Positions 19,748 to 27,289 of a stretch of 64,000 nucleotides of DNA are shown here, piece by piece. Position 1 is the first letter of the stretch. Each line of letters starts with the position of its first letter. Origin of the DNA: a virus; IMG/VR virus record IMGVR_UViG_3300010167_000004, positions 1 through 64,000 of that record, one strand, 5' to 3'. Under the pieces are notes generated by a model that was given only the letters and a program-made list of their open reading frames with translations, was not told the origin of the DNA and did not search any database. The translations under genes and the position numbers were made by a program.

Positions 19748-20285
19748 CTGATTCTCCTTGCATAACGCCATCTAAGATAACTTTTATATCCTCGTCACTA
19801 AGCACTATATCTTTCACTCCTATATCACTAGGAGGATCAGGCTCTAGTACGATCTCATTCTTACCAACTTCTCTAAGTTGTGGTACATCTTCCATCGGCG
19901 CACCCTTAATACCTTTGAGTAAATCCTCATACTCCTGATCTCGTTGAAGCTGTATACGCTCACGTAACAATCTATCCACTAGATCGGGATTCTTAAAAAA
20001 CTTCATACGCAATTCAGGATTCTGCATTTTTTCCACAGCATCTTTAAGCTGACGATGATAAGCATTATACTGTTCCTCATCTATCTTGCTCAAATCCTTA
20101 TTATCCTTTAACGAATACGTATCGATGCCTTTAACTTTCGCCTTAGCGTACTGCTTATCTACTTCTTGTTCCTTGGCCTCTTTCGCCAACTTATCTGTTA
20201 AACTATCAATAGTAGCAATCTTGATACGCCCCGGCTCATACATACCCGTAACATCGTTTTTTTCAAACGGGATCTTAACTGCCAT
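19737..20285 (-). CDS. hypothetical protein; N-terminus is similar to that of the putative portal
   Basis: 182-aa ORF with SD GGAGG. MAVKIPFEKNDVTGMYEP compares with portal MAKINFEKNKITGFYQP. Confidence 0.75.
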   Translation of the reverse strand: MAVKIPFEKNDVTGMYEPGRIKIATIDSLTDKLAKEAKEQEVDKQYAKAKVKGIDTYSLKDNKDLSKIDEEQYNAYHRQLKDAVEKMQNPELRMKFFKNPDLVDRLLRERIQLQRDQEYEDLLKGIKGAPMEDVPQLREVGKNEIVLEPDPPSDIGVKDIVLSDEDIKVILDGVMQGESDEE

Positions 20286-22128
20286 TCAAAACCTCCAATC
20301 CAACGGCGGGCCACATAGCATATCGCAACGCTGGTAATAAGTCTGGATGATATGTCTTATCATCTATCTCTATTGTTAAATTACCATTAGGATCACGTTT
20401 TAGCACTGTCATCTCGCACTCACGAACTGTAGCACCGTTTTCAGGAAGCAACAAGTCACCAGTACGGAGCATGTCCCGGACTTTATCCTGCATCAAAATC
20501 TTATCAACTTTGTGTGCATTACCAATCTGTAATTTCAAATCCGGGTAGTTATCCAACTTCACATTAGCTAACAACTCCTGTGTCAACTGCTGATCGCTAC
20601 TATCTGCTTCCCATTGGATAAGTTTATTTGCTTCTTTAGGATTAAGATGTAATTTCTGCATTAACCAATCTAACGAATACGCCCATATCAATTTAGTTTC
20701 TTTCTTCAACTGCATGAGCATTGTCATATTCTTTTCCACAGTCAACCGATTAAACTTAGACTCGTAAAAGATAAACCCACGCCGTTGTGTATCGCTCCAT
20801 GCAACACCAATAACTGCGTCATTATCCGACACGCCATAATCCAATCCAAAATAAATATGAGTAAGATCGATTGTCGGAACCGCATCATCGTTCCACGTAT
20901 GGTATTCAGGATATAACAACGCATCTTCGTCATAGGCCCATTTGCCAAAGTACTCACGCTGTATAAACGGATTCGTAATCTCAATCCCTTTCTCACGTGC
21001 TTTCTCTGTGACAAACGCATTAACATCACCTAAGTACGGATTATCAAAGCACGTCCATTCAAAGTGAGGCACATCTAAATGCTGCCAAACTTTCTCACCA
21101 TACGTGCCTTTAATCTTCGGAGGAGTACCAACAAGAAGCAACTTATAGTCCGAAGCATAGGCGAGTTGCATGGGCTCAAGAACCTCCGTCTGCATGTACT
21201 CCAATAATTCGCTCTTGAGATGGAAGAATTCATCAATGATAATGACTTTCGCATTAAGCCCTCTTATTAAATCCGGGTCTTTAGTATTAGACAACCCACG
21301 AATGATTATCTCTGAACCGTTACTCAACTTGCGCCAATTAAGCCTATCTCCCTTATTATCCCGTAATTTAAGTTTATCGATGATATTATTCATCGCTTTA
21401 TTAATCAACCCATCCTGTAGCTGCATCGTCTCACCAATGCACAAACAGGTGGTATTAGTATTCCGCAACCCTTCAATCAACAACAAAGCTGCACACAATT
21501 CTGTCTTACCAGCCTTGCGTGAGCAACACACCATCACGGTTCCCGGCCCAGTATTCAACACCTCCAACTGTTTATCAAACAGGTAATGCACAATCTGAAA
21601 TACCGTACCAGCATTATTATAATCAAGATCCTGCAATCGTGCTTCGGGAATCCTGCCCTCTACCCGATCCATAATATACGTAGCGGCTTTCACATCGCCA
21701 CGCAACGCCTTACTATACAACGCCTCAATCAATCTATCCTTACGAGCCTGATCCGATTGCCCCGTTGAGATCATCCACTCCACAACTTTCAAATCGTCCC
21801 TAGCATTAGTAACTGATTTCTCGATTAAACGCACAGTCTGACGTGTTACCTCTGACCTACCCTGCGTAGTATCCACAGAGCCAGTTATAGCGGCTTGCTG
21901 TAACACTTTCTCCCATGAAGCCACAATCGTCTGTGCCGTGCGCCATACGCCATTGCTATCCCTGCTAACCCATTCCTGTAGTGTCACGCCCCTCTTATTC
22001 GCAAGAGAGTAAATAGAATCGAATATGTCATCCTGTATGCCTAATTCTGATACATCACGAACCGACCTTTCCAAGAGGAAAGTCCTCAAATCACGAGTCA
22101 TATTCAACGTAGAGTCACTACTTATCAT
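20275..22128 (-). CDS. terL: terminase large subunit with a ~190-aa TerS-like N-terminal extension
   Basis: Walker A CSRKAGKT (T4 gp17 type, SRQLGKT), Walker B KVIIIDEF and a nuclease region GLDYGVSDND. The N-terminus contains GDVKAATYIMDRVEGRIP, typical of small terminases. Confidence 0.85.
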   Translation of the reverse strand: MISSDSTLNMTRDLRTFLLERSVRDVSELGIQDDIFDSIYSLANKRGVTLQEWVSRDSNGVWRTAQTIVASWEKVLQQAAITGSVDTTQGRSEVTRQTVRLIEKSVTNARDDLKVVEWMISTGQSDQARKDRLIEALYSKALRGDVKAATYIMDRVEGRIPEARLQDLDYNNAGTVFQIVHYLFDKQLEVLNTGPGTVMVCCSRKAGKTELCAALLLIEGLRNTNTTCLCIGETMQLQDGLINKAMNNIIDKLKLRDNKGDRLNWRKLSNGSEIIIRGLSNTKDPDLIRGLNAKVIIIDEFFHLKSELLEYMQTEVLEPMQLAYASDYKLLLVGTPPKIKGTYGEKVWQHLDVPHFEWTCFDNPYLGDVNAFVTEKAREKGIEITNPFIQREYFGKWAYDEDALLYPEYHTWNDDAVPTIDLTHIYFGLDYGVSDNDAVIGVAWSDTQRRGFIFYESKFNRLTVEKNMTMLMQLKKETKLIWAYSLDWLMQKLHLNPKEANKLIQWEADSSDQQLTQELLANVKLDNYPDLKLQIGNAHKVDKILMQDKVRDMLRTGDLLLPENGATVRECEMTVLKRDPNGNLTIEIDDKTYHPDLLPALRYAMWPAVGLEVLNGS

Positions 22129-22141
22129 AACCCACCATTTA

Positions 22142-22732
22142 TTACAAAATCTCTACAAACGAAACACCTGACAAAATACTCGTAACCTCTGCAACCTTAT
22201 CCTTCGGCAGCCTCAATCTAAGCACCGCCCACTGATTATCTATCACACTCGGAACCACAGGTGCTACATCACCCACCTTCAATTTAATCCCAAGTTTAGC
22301 AGTATCTATCTTAGGACAATCAGCCACGAACTGTACTAAACCCTTCGGGGTTATATGCCCCCGTGGTATAGACATAAGGAGCAGCGAATTTTTCGCCTCC
22401 TCCAACGTATCCTCTATAACAACCACCACCGGGTACTCATCATTCAGCACCGAAGGATCGTTATGATCAGCGATCCACTGTATCGCCTCAATACGTCTAT
22501 GTCCATCTAACACATAATGCGGCTGTGAATTATGCCACTCTGCATCATACATCGTTCCGTCATTAGGTTTATGCCAAATGCTCAATGGTTGTTTCAAACC
22601 ATCATGTAACAATGACTCTGCAAGACTTTTAATATCTTGTTCCGAACGCTTCTTGAGGCCGCCCTGAAACGGCAGCAACGCTGTGAAAGGGAGTGTGTTA
22701 CTCACCTGACACTTAAATTGAATAATACCCAT
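22142..22732 (-). CDS. ParB N-terminal-domain (ParB-like nuclease) protein
   Basis: HYVLDGHRRIEAIQW matches the ParB/Srx DGHHR-type motif. SD GAGGAG. It lies immediately upstream of terL. Confidence 0.7.
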   Translation of the reverse strand: MGIIQFKCQVSNTLPFTALLPFQGGLKKRSEQDIKSLAESLLHDGLKQPLSIWHKPNDGTMYDAEWHNSQPHYVLDGHRRIEAIQWIADHNDPSVLNDEYPVVVVIEDTLEEAKNSLLLMSIPRGHITPKGLVQFVADCPKIDTAKLGIKLKVGDVAPVVPSVIDNQWAVLRLRLPKDKVAEVTSILSGVSFVEIL

Positions 22733-22760
22733 TGTCCGTTAACTCCTCTACTGTTATACG

Positions 22761-22991
22761 TTATTTCGATTTTGATTTATTTATCTTATTATAAATCAAA
22801 CTCGCCCCTTCACTAATACTACCAGCAGTAATCATAACTATCTGATATATCCTATCAGTATTTTCTGATACACCCTTCAAACAAAGAACACCTGTGAGGC
22901 ATAGCACGCCCCCGATAATCAATAGCCCCGGAACTATGATCGTTGCCCAATCTGCGATATTTTTAACTATGTTGCTCATCTTCTCGCTCAT
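22761..22991 (-). CDS. small membrane protein, first gene of the late block
   Basis: AAGGAG sits 6 nt upstream of the ATG at 22991 (MSEKMSNIV...). TM segment WATIIVPGLLIIGGVLCLTGVLCL. Confidence 0.6.
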   Translation of the reverse strand: MSEKMSNIVKNIADWATIIVPGLLIIGGVLCLTGVLCLKGVSENTDRIYQIVMITAGSISEGASLIYNKINKSKSK

Positions 22992-23125
22992 TATTTTCTC
23001 CTTCATATTCCTGTGGGTGATCCTAACCCTCTGTCTCCTGACCCTCAAAATGGTGGGAACCGTTACCCTCGGACAAAGAATAACGGCTCGTAGGCCCACC
23101 ATAAATCCAGTAGAGGATCAGTATA

Positions 23126-23154
23126 ACAGTATCACACAATGTTCAGGGAATCAA
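23126..23154 (-). promoter_or_regulatory. candidate late-operon promoter, TTGATT-17-TGaTACTGT (minus strand)
   Basis: -35 at 23149-23154 and extended -10 at 23126-23134, about 130 nt upstream of the first late gene. The architecture matches the two internal late promoters. Confidence 0.4.
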
Positions 23155-23284
23155 CCCATAATTTGTAGTTATTATTTCACCATGACATACGTTGACGTTT
23201 GTCATATCAGCGTAATCACCCTCGGCGCAATTCTGTTATATAGAAGATTTCCGCCCCGGAACCAAGGCCGATGAAAAGCCCAAA

Positions 23285-23376
23285 GGTTCCAGCCCAAAGC
23301 CGAATGGCAGATTAAGGATGGTTCAAGGCCAAGACTGAATGGTTCAAGCCCGGATTGAATGGAGGATTAAGGATGG
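23285..23376. repeat. three ~22-bp direct repeats (GGTTCnAGsCC-n5-GAATGG) interleaved with two AGATTAAGGATGG boxes
   Basis: Copies at 23285-23307, 23320-23342 and 23341-23362. Boxes at 23309-23321 and 23364-23376. Confidence 0.85.
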
Positions 23377-23438
23377 CTCGTGACCCTTGATGAGCAGTCC
23401 CGTGAACGAAGATCGCCAAAAGATATGATGTGTTTTGA

Positions 23439-23499
23439 GGGTCGATCCAGCTAAATTTAGGGGCCTTTTTAGAGGTATATTATACCTCTAGATCGACCC
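23439..23499. repeat. nested palindrome: outer arms GGGTCGATC/GATCGACCC enclosing the 21-bp perfect palindrome TAGAGGTATA-T-TATACCTCTA
   Basis: Outer arms at 23439-23447 and 23491-23499. Inner palindrome at 23470-23490. Confidence 0.9.
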
Positions 23500-23540
23500 A
23501 AGGAAATCCCGGTTTTTGATCGTAAAATAAATGATCTTTT

Positions 23541-23780
23541 TGTGATTTTTTGAGATTGATGGGTGCAGAATAGTGGTAGGTGGTGGGTGATATAGGGGCT
23601 TGGAGCATGAGGATGGTGGTGCAAAGTGTGAAAACGTAGGGAAAAGTGGGGAAAATTGAGAGGGTAGGTGAGAAGGAGGCAGGAGGTCAGACCTATGGGT
23701 GAAGGTAAAATGTTAAGATTTATTGAGAGTAAGAGGGGGTCATAATAAATGTTAGCGTATGAGAGAGGAGAACATTTTAT
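23541..23780 (+). other. G-rich, C-depleted tract (hand count ~94 G vs ~12 C in 240 nt on the plus strand)
   Basis: Counted by eye over four sequence lines. Many GG/GGG/GGGG runs and no ORF. Confidence 0.85.
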
Positions 23781-24267
23781 CTATAGCAGGATTTCCGGTG
23801 CGCAACAGGTGTGGTGGGGGGTTCAAGGGATGTTTACCTTGGATGAGAGTTGTTAGGTATTTGAATACGGCGATGAGTTTGACATCTGCTTTCTCGTTAT
23901 TTAAGTATATCATTCTATGATGCTAGCATAAAAGTGTGTGAAGATCAAGGGTATATTTACAAGTATTTTGACAAAATAAAAATGTTGAGATCTTCCGAGA
24001 GGTGTTATCCAAGTGCATTTGCACATGTTTATATATTTATATTGGACTATTCAAAAATCGGGGCGGTTTGTACCATGTGGTAAAATGGCGCATCGGTTGA
24101 CGGAAACCACGGGGCAGGGGCAATGAGCCAAGACCCCCGGAGACTTTTGAAGGTGAAAGCGTGGTTTATAAATACCGAATTGAATGTCAAGGATCAAGCT
24201 CCATTGTCTTGATTGACAATACTGAAATGACCCATAGATAAATACAACGGGGCTTGAGACATTCTCT

Positions 24268-24367
24268 CTAGTCAATGACGTATATTGCTAGTCAATGACG
24301 TATATTGCTAGTCAATGATTTATATTGCTAGTGAATGAAGTATATTTTTAGTTGATTTAATTTGCGA
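24268..24367. repeat. iteron-like array: 4 good plus 1 degenerate tandem 20-bp repeats (CTAGTCAATGACGTATATTG)
   Basis: Units at 24268, 24288 (identical), 24308, 24328 and 24348 (decaying). CTAGTCAA recurs at 24443, in the SD region of the first early gene. Confidence 0.9.
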
Positions 24368-24385
24368 GTAAAGGGTATTGTTTTT

Positions 24386-24414
24386 TTGAATAGTTTGTTG
24401 TATATTAGTATTAT
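24386..24414 (+). promoter_or_regulatory. early promoter, TTGAAT-17-TATTAT
   Basis: -35 at 24386-24391, an exact 17-nt spacer and -10 at 24409-24414, about 45 nt upstream of the first plus-strand gene. Confidence 0.6.
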
Positions 24415-24434
24415 AACACTTCGTATGAAGTGTT
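24415..24434 (+). promoter_or_regulatory. 5'-UTR hairpin, AACACTTC-GTAT-GAAGTGTT
   Basis: 8-bp perfect stem with a GTAT loop, between the -10 element and the SD. Confidence 0.6.
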
Positions 24435-24460
24435 GAAGTTTGCTAGTCAAGGGGTATGCT

Positions 24461-24769
24461 ATGAATAAGATAACGTTATATGTGGGATTGAATGATAAGG
24501 ATACCAAACGTCAAGAGATCAGCACTGTTGAAGCATGCAAGATTATCTATAATCTAGTTACTTCTAATGTGGACGGATGCTCTGTTTTTGAAGGACACGG
24601 GGTATACAAGCATAATAACGGAAGTATCGTTATAGAGACATCGTTAAAGGTAGAGCTGTATGATATAACCGATGATCAAGCCTATGCAATTATTGATCTG
24701 TTAAAGAGGGCATTGAATCAAGAATCTATTATCTTACAGAGGGAAGTAGTCAATTCGGAATTCGTATGA
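24461..24769 (+). CDS. hypothetical early protein
   Basis: GGGGTAT SD upstream of the ATG at 24461 (MNKITLYVGLNDKDTK...). 102 aa. Confidence 0.75.
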   Translation: MNKITLYVGLNDKDTKRQEISTVEACKIIYNLVTSNVDGCSVFEGHGVYKHNNGSIVIETSLKVELYDITDDQAYAIIDLLKRALNQESIILQREVVNSEFV

Positions 24770-24779
24770 TAATCGGATA

Positions 24780-24815
24780 GCATGGATTGATCCTGTTGTC
24801 AATCCATGCTATAAT
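24780..24815 (+). promoter_or_regulatory. promoter-operator cassette: TTGATC-17-TGcTATAAT with an 11-bp inverted repeat GCATGGATTGA/TCAATCCATGC across it
   Basis: -35 at 24787-24792, -10 at 24810-24815 and IR arms at 24780-24790 and 24799-24809. Confidence 0.65.
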
Positions 24816-24833
24816 ATCATAAGGGAGTATACA

Positions 24834-25028
24834 ATGAAGTATAGCATGAATGACAGGTTAGCATTTTTTGAATGGTTGAATGGCATAGTAAAACCAGAGT
24901 ATAAATCATCTCGGTGTTATTATGGATTCTGGAACGAAGCTATTGAAGCTGATCAGAACGGTCGGGGCTATGAAGTAGCTTCCATGTATACGGTACTCAA
25001 TAGACCGTATTCATATCGGTTATCATAA
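24834..25028 (+). CDS. hypothetical early protein
   Basis: 64 aa, SD AAGGGAG. Confidence 0.7.
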   Translation: MKYSMNDRLAFFEWLNGIVKPEYKSSRCYYGFWNEAIEADQNGRGYEVASMYTVLNRPYSYRLS

Positions 25029-25040
25029 GGAAGGTATGAA

Positions 25041-25238
25041 ATGATATATAATAAAATAGTAAAAGCCGATAATCGGGTAGATCATAGGATTATTGCCTAT
25101 ATGAGCGATACAAGACTATACACTATTTACTCTGTAAGGACATTGAAAACTAATAGAGCGGTACATAAGATTGACTATAGGCTAGAGCTTATCAATAAGG
25201 CCATAGAGCAGGGATTATTCACGGAGGTCAAAAAATGA
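25041..25238 (+). CDS. hypothetical early protein
   Basis: 65 aa, SD AAGGAAGG. Confidence 0.7.
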   Translation: MIYNKIVKADNRVDHRIIAYMSDTRLYTIYSVRTLKTNRAVHKIDYRLELINKAIEQGLFTEVKK

Positions 25239-25450
25239 CGAATAAGAGGACTAGTACAATGGAGCTTGGGTATTCCATGCTATACGGAAATAGGGTATAC
25301 ATATACAATAGAGATCGGGAAGTAGTGGGAAGGGGATTCCTCTATTGTATCAATAGCGTTTTATATACGGTCTTTAATGGTACTGTATACATGCTAACTG
25401 ATAGCGGTCTACTTCCGCTATATTCGGATAAGTACCGATACGGAGTATAG
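25235..25450 (+). CDS. hypothetical early protein
   Basis: 71 aa, ATGA start/stop overlap, SD GGAGGT. Confidence 0.7.
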   Translation: MTNKRTSTMELGYSMLYGNRVYIYNRDREVVGRGFLYCINSVLYTVFNGTVYMLTDSGLLPLYSDKYRYGV

Positions 25451-25480
25451 AGTAAGGATAGATATGGCATAGAGGAATCT

Positions 25481-25516
25481 TGCCGATAAACCATTAAGTT
25501 TTATAGTTTATCGGCA
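25481..25516 (+). terminator. 11-bp-stem hairpin (TGCCGATAAAC/GTTTATCGGCA) after the gene stop; possible terminator
   Basis: Perfect inverted repeat with a 14-nt loop followed by TTGT. There is no long T-run. Confidence 0.4.
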
Positions 25517-25567
25517 TTGTATAGATCATAGGTAGTTTACCTATAAACAATTTTACGGGGGTATGAA

Positions 25568-25942
25568 ATGAGAGTAATAACACGTGAAGCTGTTCACGCA
25601 TTGATCAGAGGACATAAGTATTACAACGATAATACTTATGTAAGGGTATTCTCTAACGGCAATAGGGAATTATGCTTGCATGATAATAGAATCGTATGGT
25701 ATGATAAGGGTAAATACTACTTGTCATTATGTGGCTGGAATACGAATACAACACGGGATCGGTTGAATGGATTCCTATTCACTATCGGGGCGCATGCTAA
25801 AATAGTTACCCGGAAGTATGTTCCATATATTCAGTACAATGACGGAAGGAAGGTACAGATTAGCGGTAGAGCTACATTGTCATTCAATGATGATGATGAT
25901 GAGCTTATAGTGGCTTCATTTGATCCAAATTATAGGGGGTAA
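25568..25942 (+). CDS. hypothetical early protein
   Basis: 124 aa, SD GGGGGTAT. Confidence 0.75.
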   Translation: MRVITREAVHALIRGHKYYNDNTYVRVFSNGNRELCLHDNRIVWYDKGKYYLSLCGWNTNTTRDRLNGFLFTIGAHAKIVTRKYVPYIQYNDGRKVQISGRATLSFNDDDDELIVASFDPNYRG

Positions 25943-25945
25943 GGT

Positions 25946-26119
25946 ATGGCGGGGGTTTATCGGAGAAATGGCAATGGTAGGATGATCACTATATCAGTAT
26001 ATGATCCAATTCATTCTATCTATCGGGTATACTATAACCAATATAATATACAATTCTATACGGCGCAGACTACTTATAAGATCATTCAGAAGTTTGATCT
26101 GGTAAGGGTTGATTTGTAG
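25946..26119 (+). CDS. small hypothetical protein (57 aa, below the ORF-track cutoff)
   Basis: Hand translated as MAGVYRRNGNGRMITISVYDPIHSIYRVYYNQYNIQFYTAQTTYKIIQKFDLVRVDL. SD GGGGGTAAGG. Confidence 0.5.
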   Translation: MAGVYRRNGNGRMITISVYDPIHSIYRVYYNQYNIQFYTAQTTYKIIQKFDLVRVDL

Positions 26120-26126
26120 ACATACT

Positions 26127-26162
26127 GCATGGATTGATTCTGTTGTCAATCCATGCTATAAT
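26127..26162 (+). promoter_or_regulatory. second copy of the promoter-operator cassette: TTGATT-17-TGcTATAAT with the same 11-bp inverted repeat
   Basis: -35 at 26134-26139, -10 at 26157-26162 and IR arms at 26127-26137 and 26146-26156. Confidence 0.65.
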
Positions 26163-26174
26163 AAGGATGATAAT

Positions 26175-26645
26175 ATGATCATGTTTCATTCATCTAATAA
26201 ATTATTCGATGTATTTGATAATAGGTTTATCCAAGAGCTTGGCTTTCATTTCGGTACTAGGGTACAAGCGGATAATAATTTCAATAGGCTTGACATTATG
26301 CCGAATAGCCAAGGCCATAAAATTGGATATATTTATGAATGTGAATTGAATCTGATACGTATTCTTGACATCAGTATTGATCTCGGTAAATGGGATTATG
26401 AAATGATAGAAGAATACTTTAGTCCTTATGCGAATGATTATCTTGAGTTGGATAATCCGCATGAATGGGATTCAGTAAATACCATAGAGGACTTTATAGT
26501 ATTCATTCAATCTAAAGGGTATAACGGTATGAAGTATATCAATCATTATGAAGGAAATGGAACGGATGACAGAGAGGATGAAGCTTTCATAATCTTTAAT
26601 GATTATGATATTACAATAAAAACTATCTATACGGTAGTATTATAA
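26175..26645 (+). CDS. hypothetical early protein
   Basis: The ATG at 26175 (MIMFHSSNK...) lies just downstream of the cassette -10. The track ORF start at 26109 lies upstream of the promoter. Confidence 0.7.
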   Translation: MIMFHSSNKLFDVFDNRFIQELGFHFGTRVQADNNFNRLDIMPNSQGHKIGYIYECELNLIRILDISIDLGKWDYEMIEEYFSPYANDYLELDNPHEWDSVNTIEDFIVFIQSKGYNGMKYINHYEGNGTDDREDEAFIIFNDYDITIKTIYTVVL

Positions 26646-26657
26646 GGGGAAGAAGGT

Positions 26658-26768
26658 ATGAAGTATATTGCAAAGTGTCATCAGAGTAAGGAAGTGAAGG
26701 ATGTTTCCAAGAATACATGGAAACAGTATCGGAAGATTGTCAGATCATTAAAGAGGGGGGCGGTATGA
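26658..26768 (+). CDS. possible 36-aa basic peptide
   Basis: SD GAAGG. ATGA overlap with the next gene. Confidence 0.35.
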   Translation: MKYIAKCHQSKEVKDVSKNTWKQYRKIVRSLKRGAV

Positions 26769-26959
26769 GCAAATATAATGGCTTGTATAAAGATCAAGAC
26801 CTATGTTTACAGGTGCAGTATGATGAGTATAATTTATATACTTGCATGTGGGGCATGAGCCCAGCTTCAATAACCGTATATACGATGCGGTCTATGACAT
26901 TGAAACAGCTTAGAAGATATATGTATCTTCATAATTGCAAGGCATGGAGGGCAGTATGA
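26765..26959 (+). CDS. hypothetical early protein
   Basis: 64 aa starting MSKYNGLY. SD GGGGGGCGG. Confidence 0.65.
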   Translation: MSKYNGLYKDQDLCLQVQYDEYNLYTCMWGMSPASITVYTMRSMTLKQLRRYMYLHNCKAWRAV

Positions 26960-27288
26960 ATAATTTGAATAGCGTATTGATAGAGGGGAATATGGTTAGA
27001 AACCCTCTATCTGATACAACTGTTAGCGGATCAATAGTTTGTCGTTTTACTATTGCTTCCAATAGATTCTATCGAATAGAGGATAGTAATGAAGTTGAAA
27101 AAGAAATATCTTTTTTCGATGTGGAAGCATGGGGCAAGCTCGGCAAAGATACTATGAGTAAGGGTAAAATAGGGAAGGGCGTCCGGGTAGTTGGACGGTT
27201 GAAACAAGAGCGTTGGACAGATGATGACGGCAAGCCACATTATAAGGTTATAATAGTGGCGGAGCATATCGAATATACAAGGAGCTAA
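26956..27288 (+). CDS. OB-fold single-stranded DNA-binding protein (short, lacks an acidic tail)
   Basis: NSVLIEGNMVRNPL...FFDVEAWGKLG...VRVVGRLKQERWTDDDGKPHYKVIIVAEHIEY follows the bacterial SSB pattern. SD GGAGGG. Confidence 0.7.
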   Translation: MNNLNSVLIEGNMVRNPLSDTTVSGSIVCRFTIASNRFYRIEDSNEVEKEISFFDVEAWGKLGKDTMSKGKIGKGVRVVGRLKQERWTDDDGKPHYKVIIVAEHIEYTRS

Positions 27289-27289
27289 T

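Noticed and set aside
23541-23780. Firm assignment of the G-rich tract as a Rho utilisation site for the late operon
   Set aside because: The best candidate late promoter (23126-23154) lies downstream of the tract relative to leftward transcription. I found no convincing minus-strand promoter to its right. It is kept only as one of several hypotheses.
24051-24275. Minus-strand 74-aa ORF in the control region
   Set aside because: It has no SD and sits isolated in the non-coding spacer. Its composition is Cys/Pro/Ser-rich and its end overlaps the start of the iteron array.
24268-24367. CRISPR-like array
   Set aside because: The 20-bp units are directly adjacent with no spacers, they decay progressively, and no cas genes are present.
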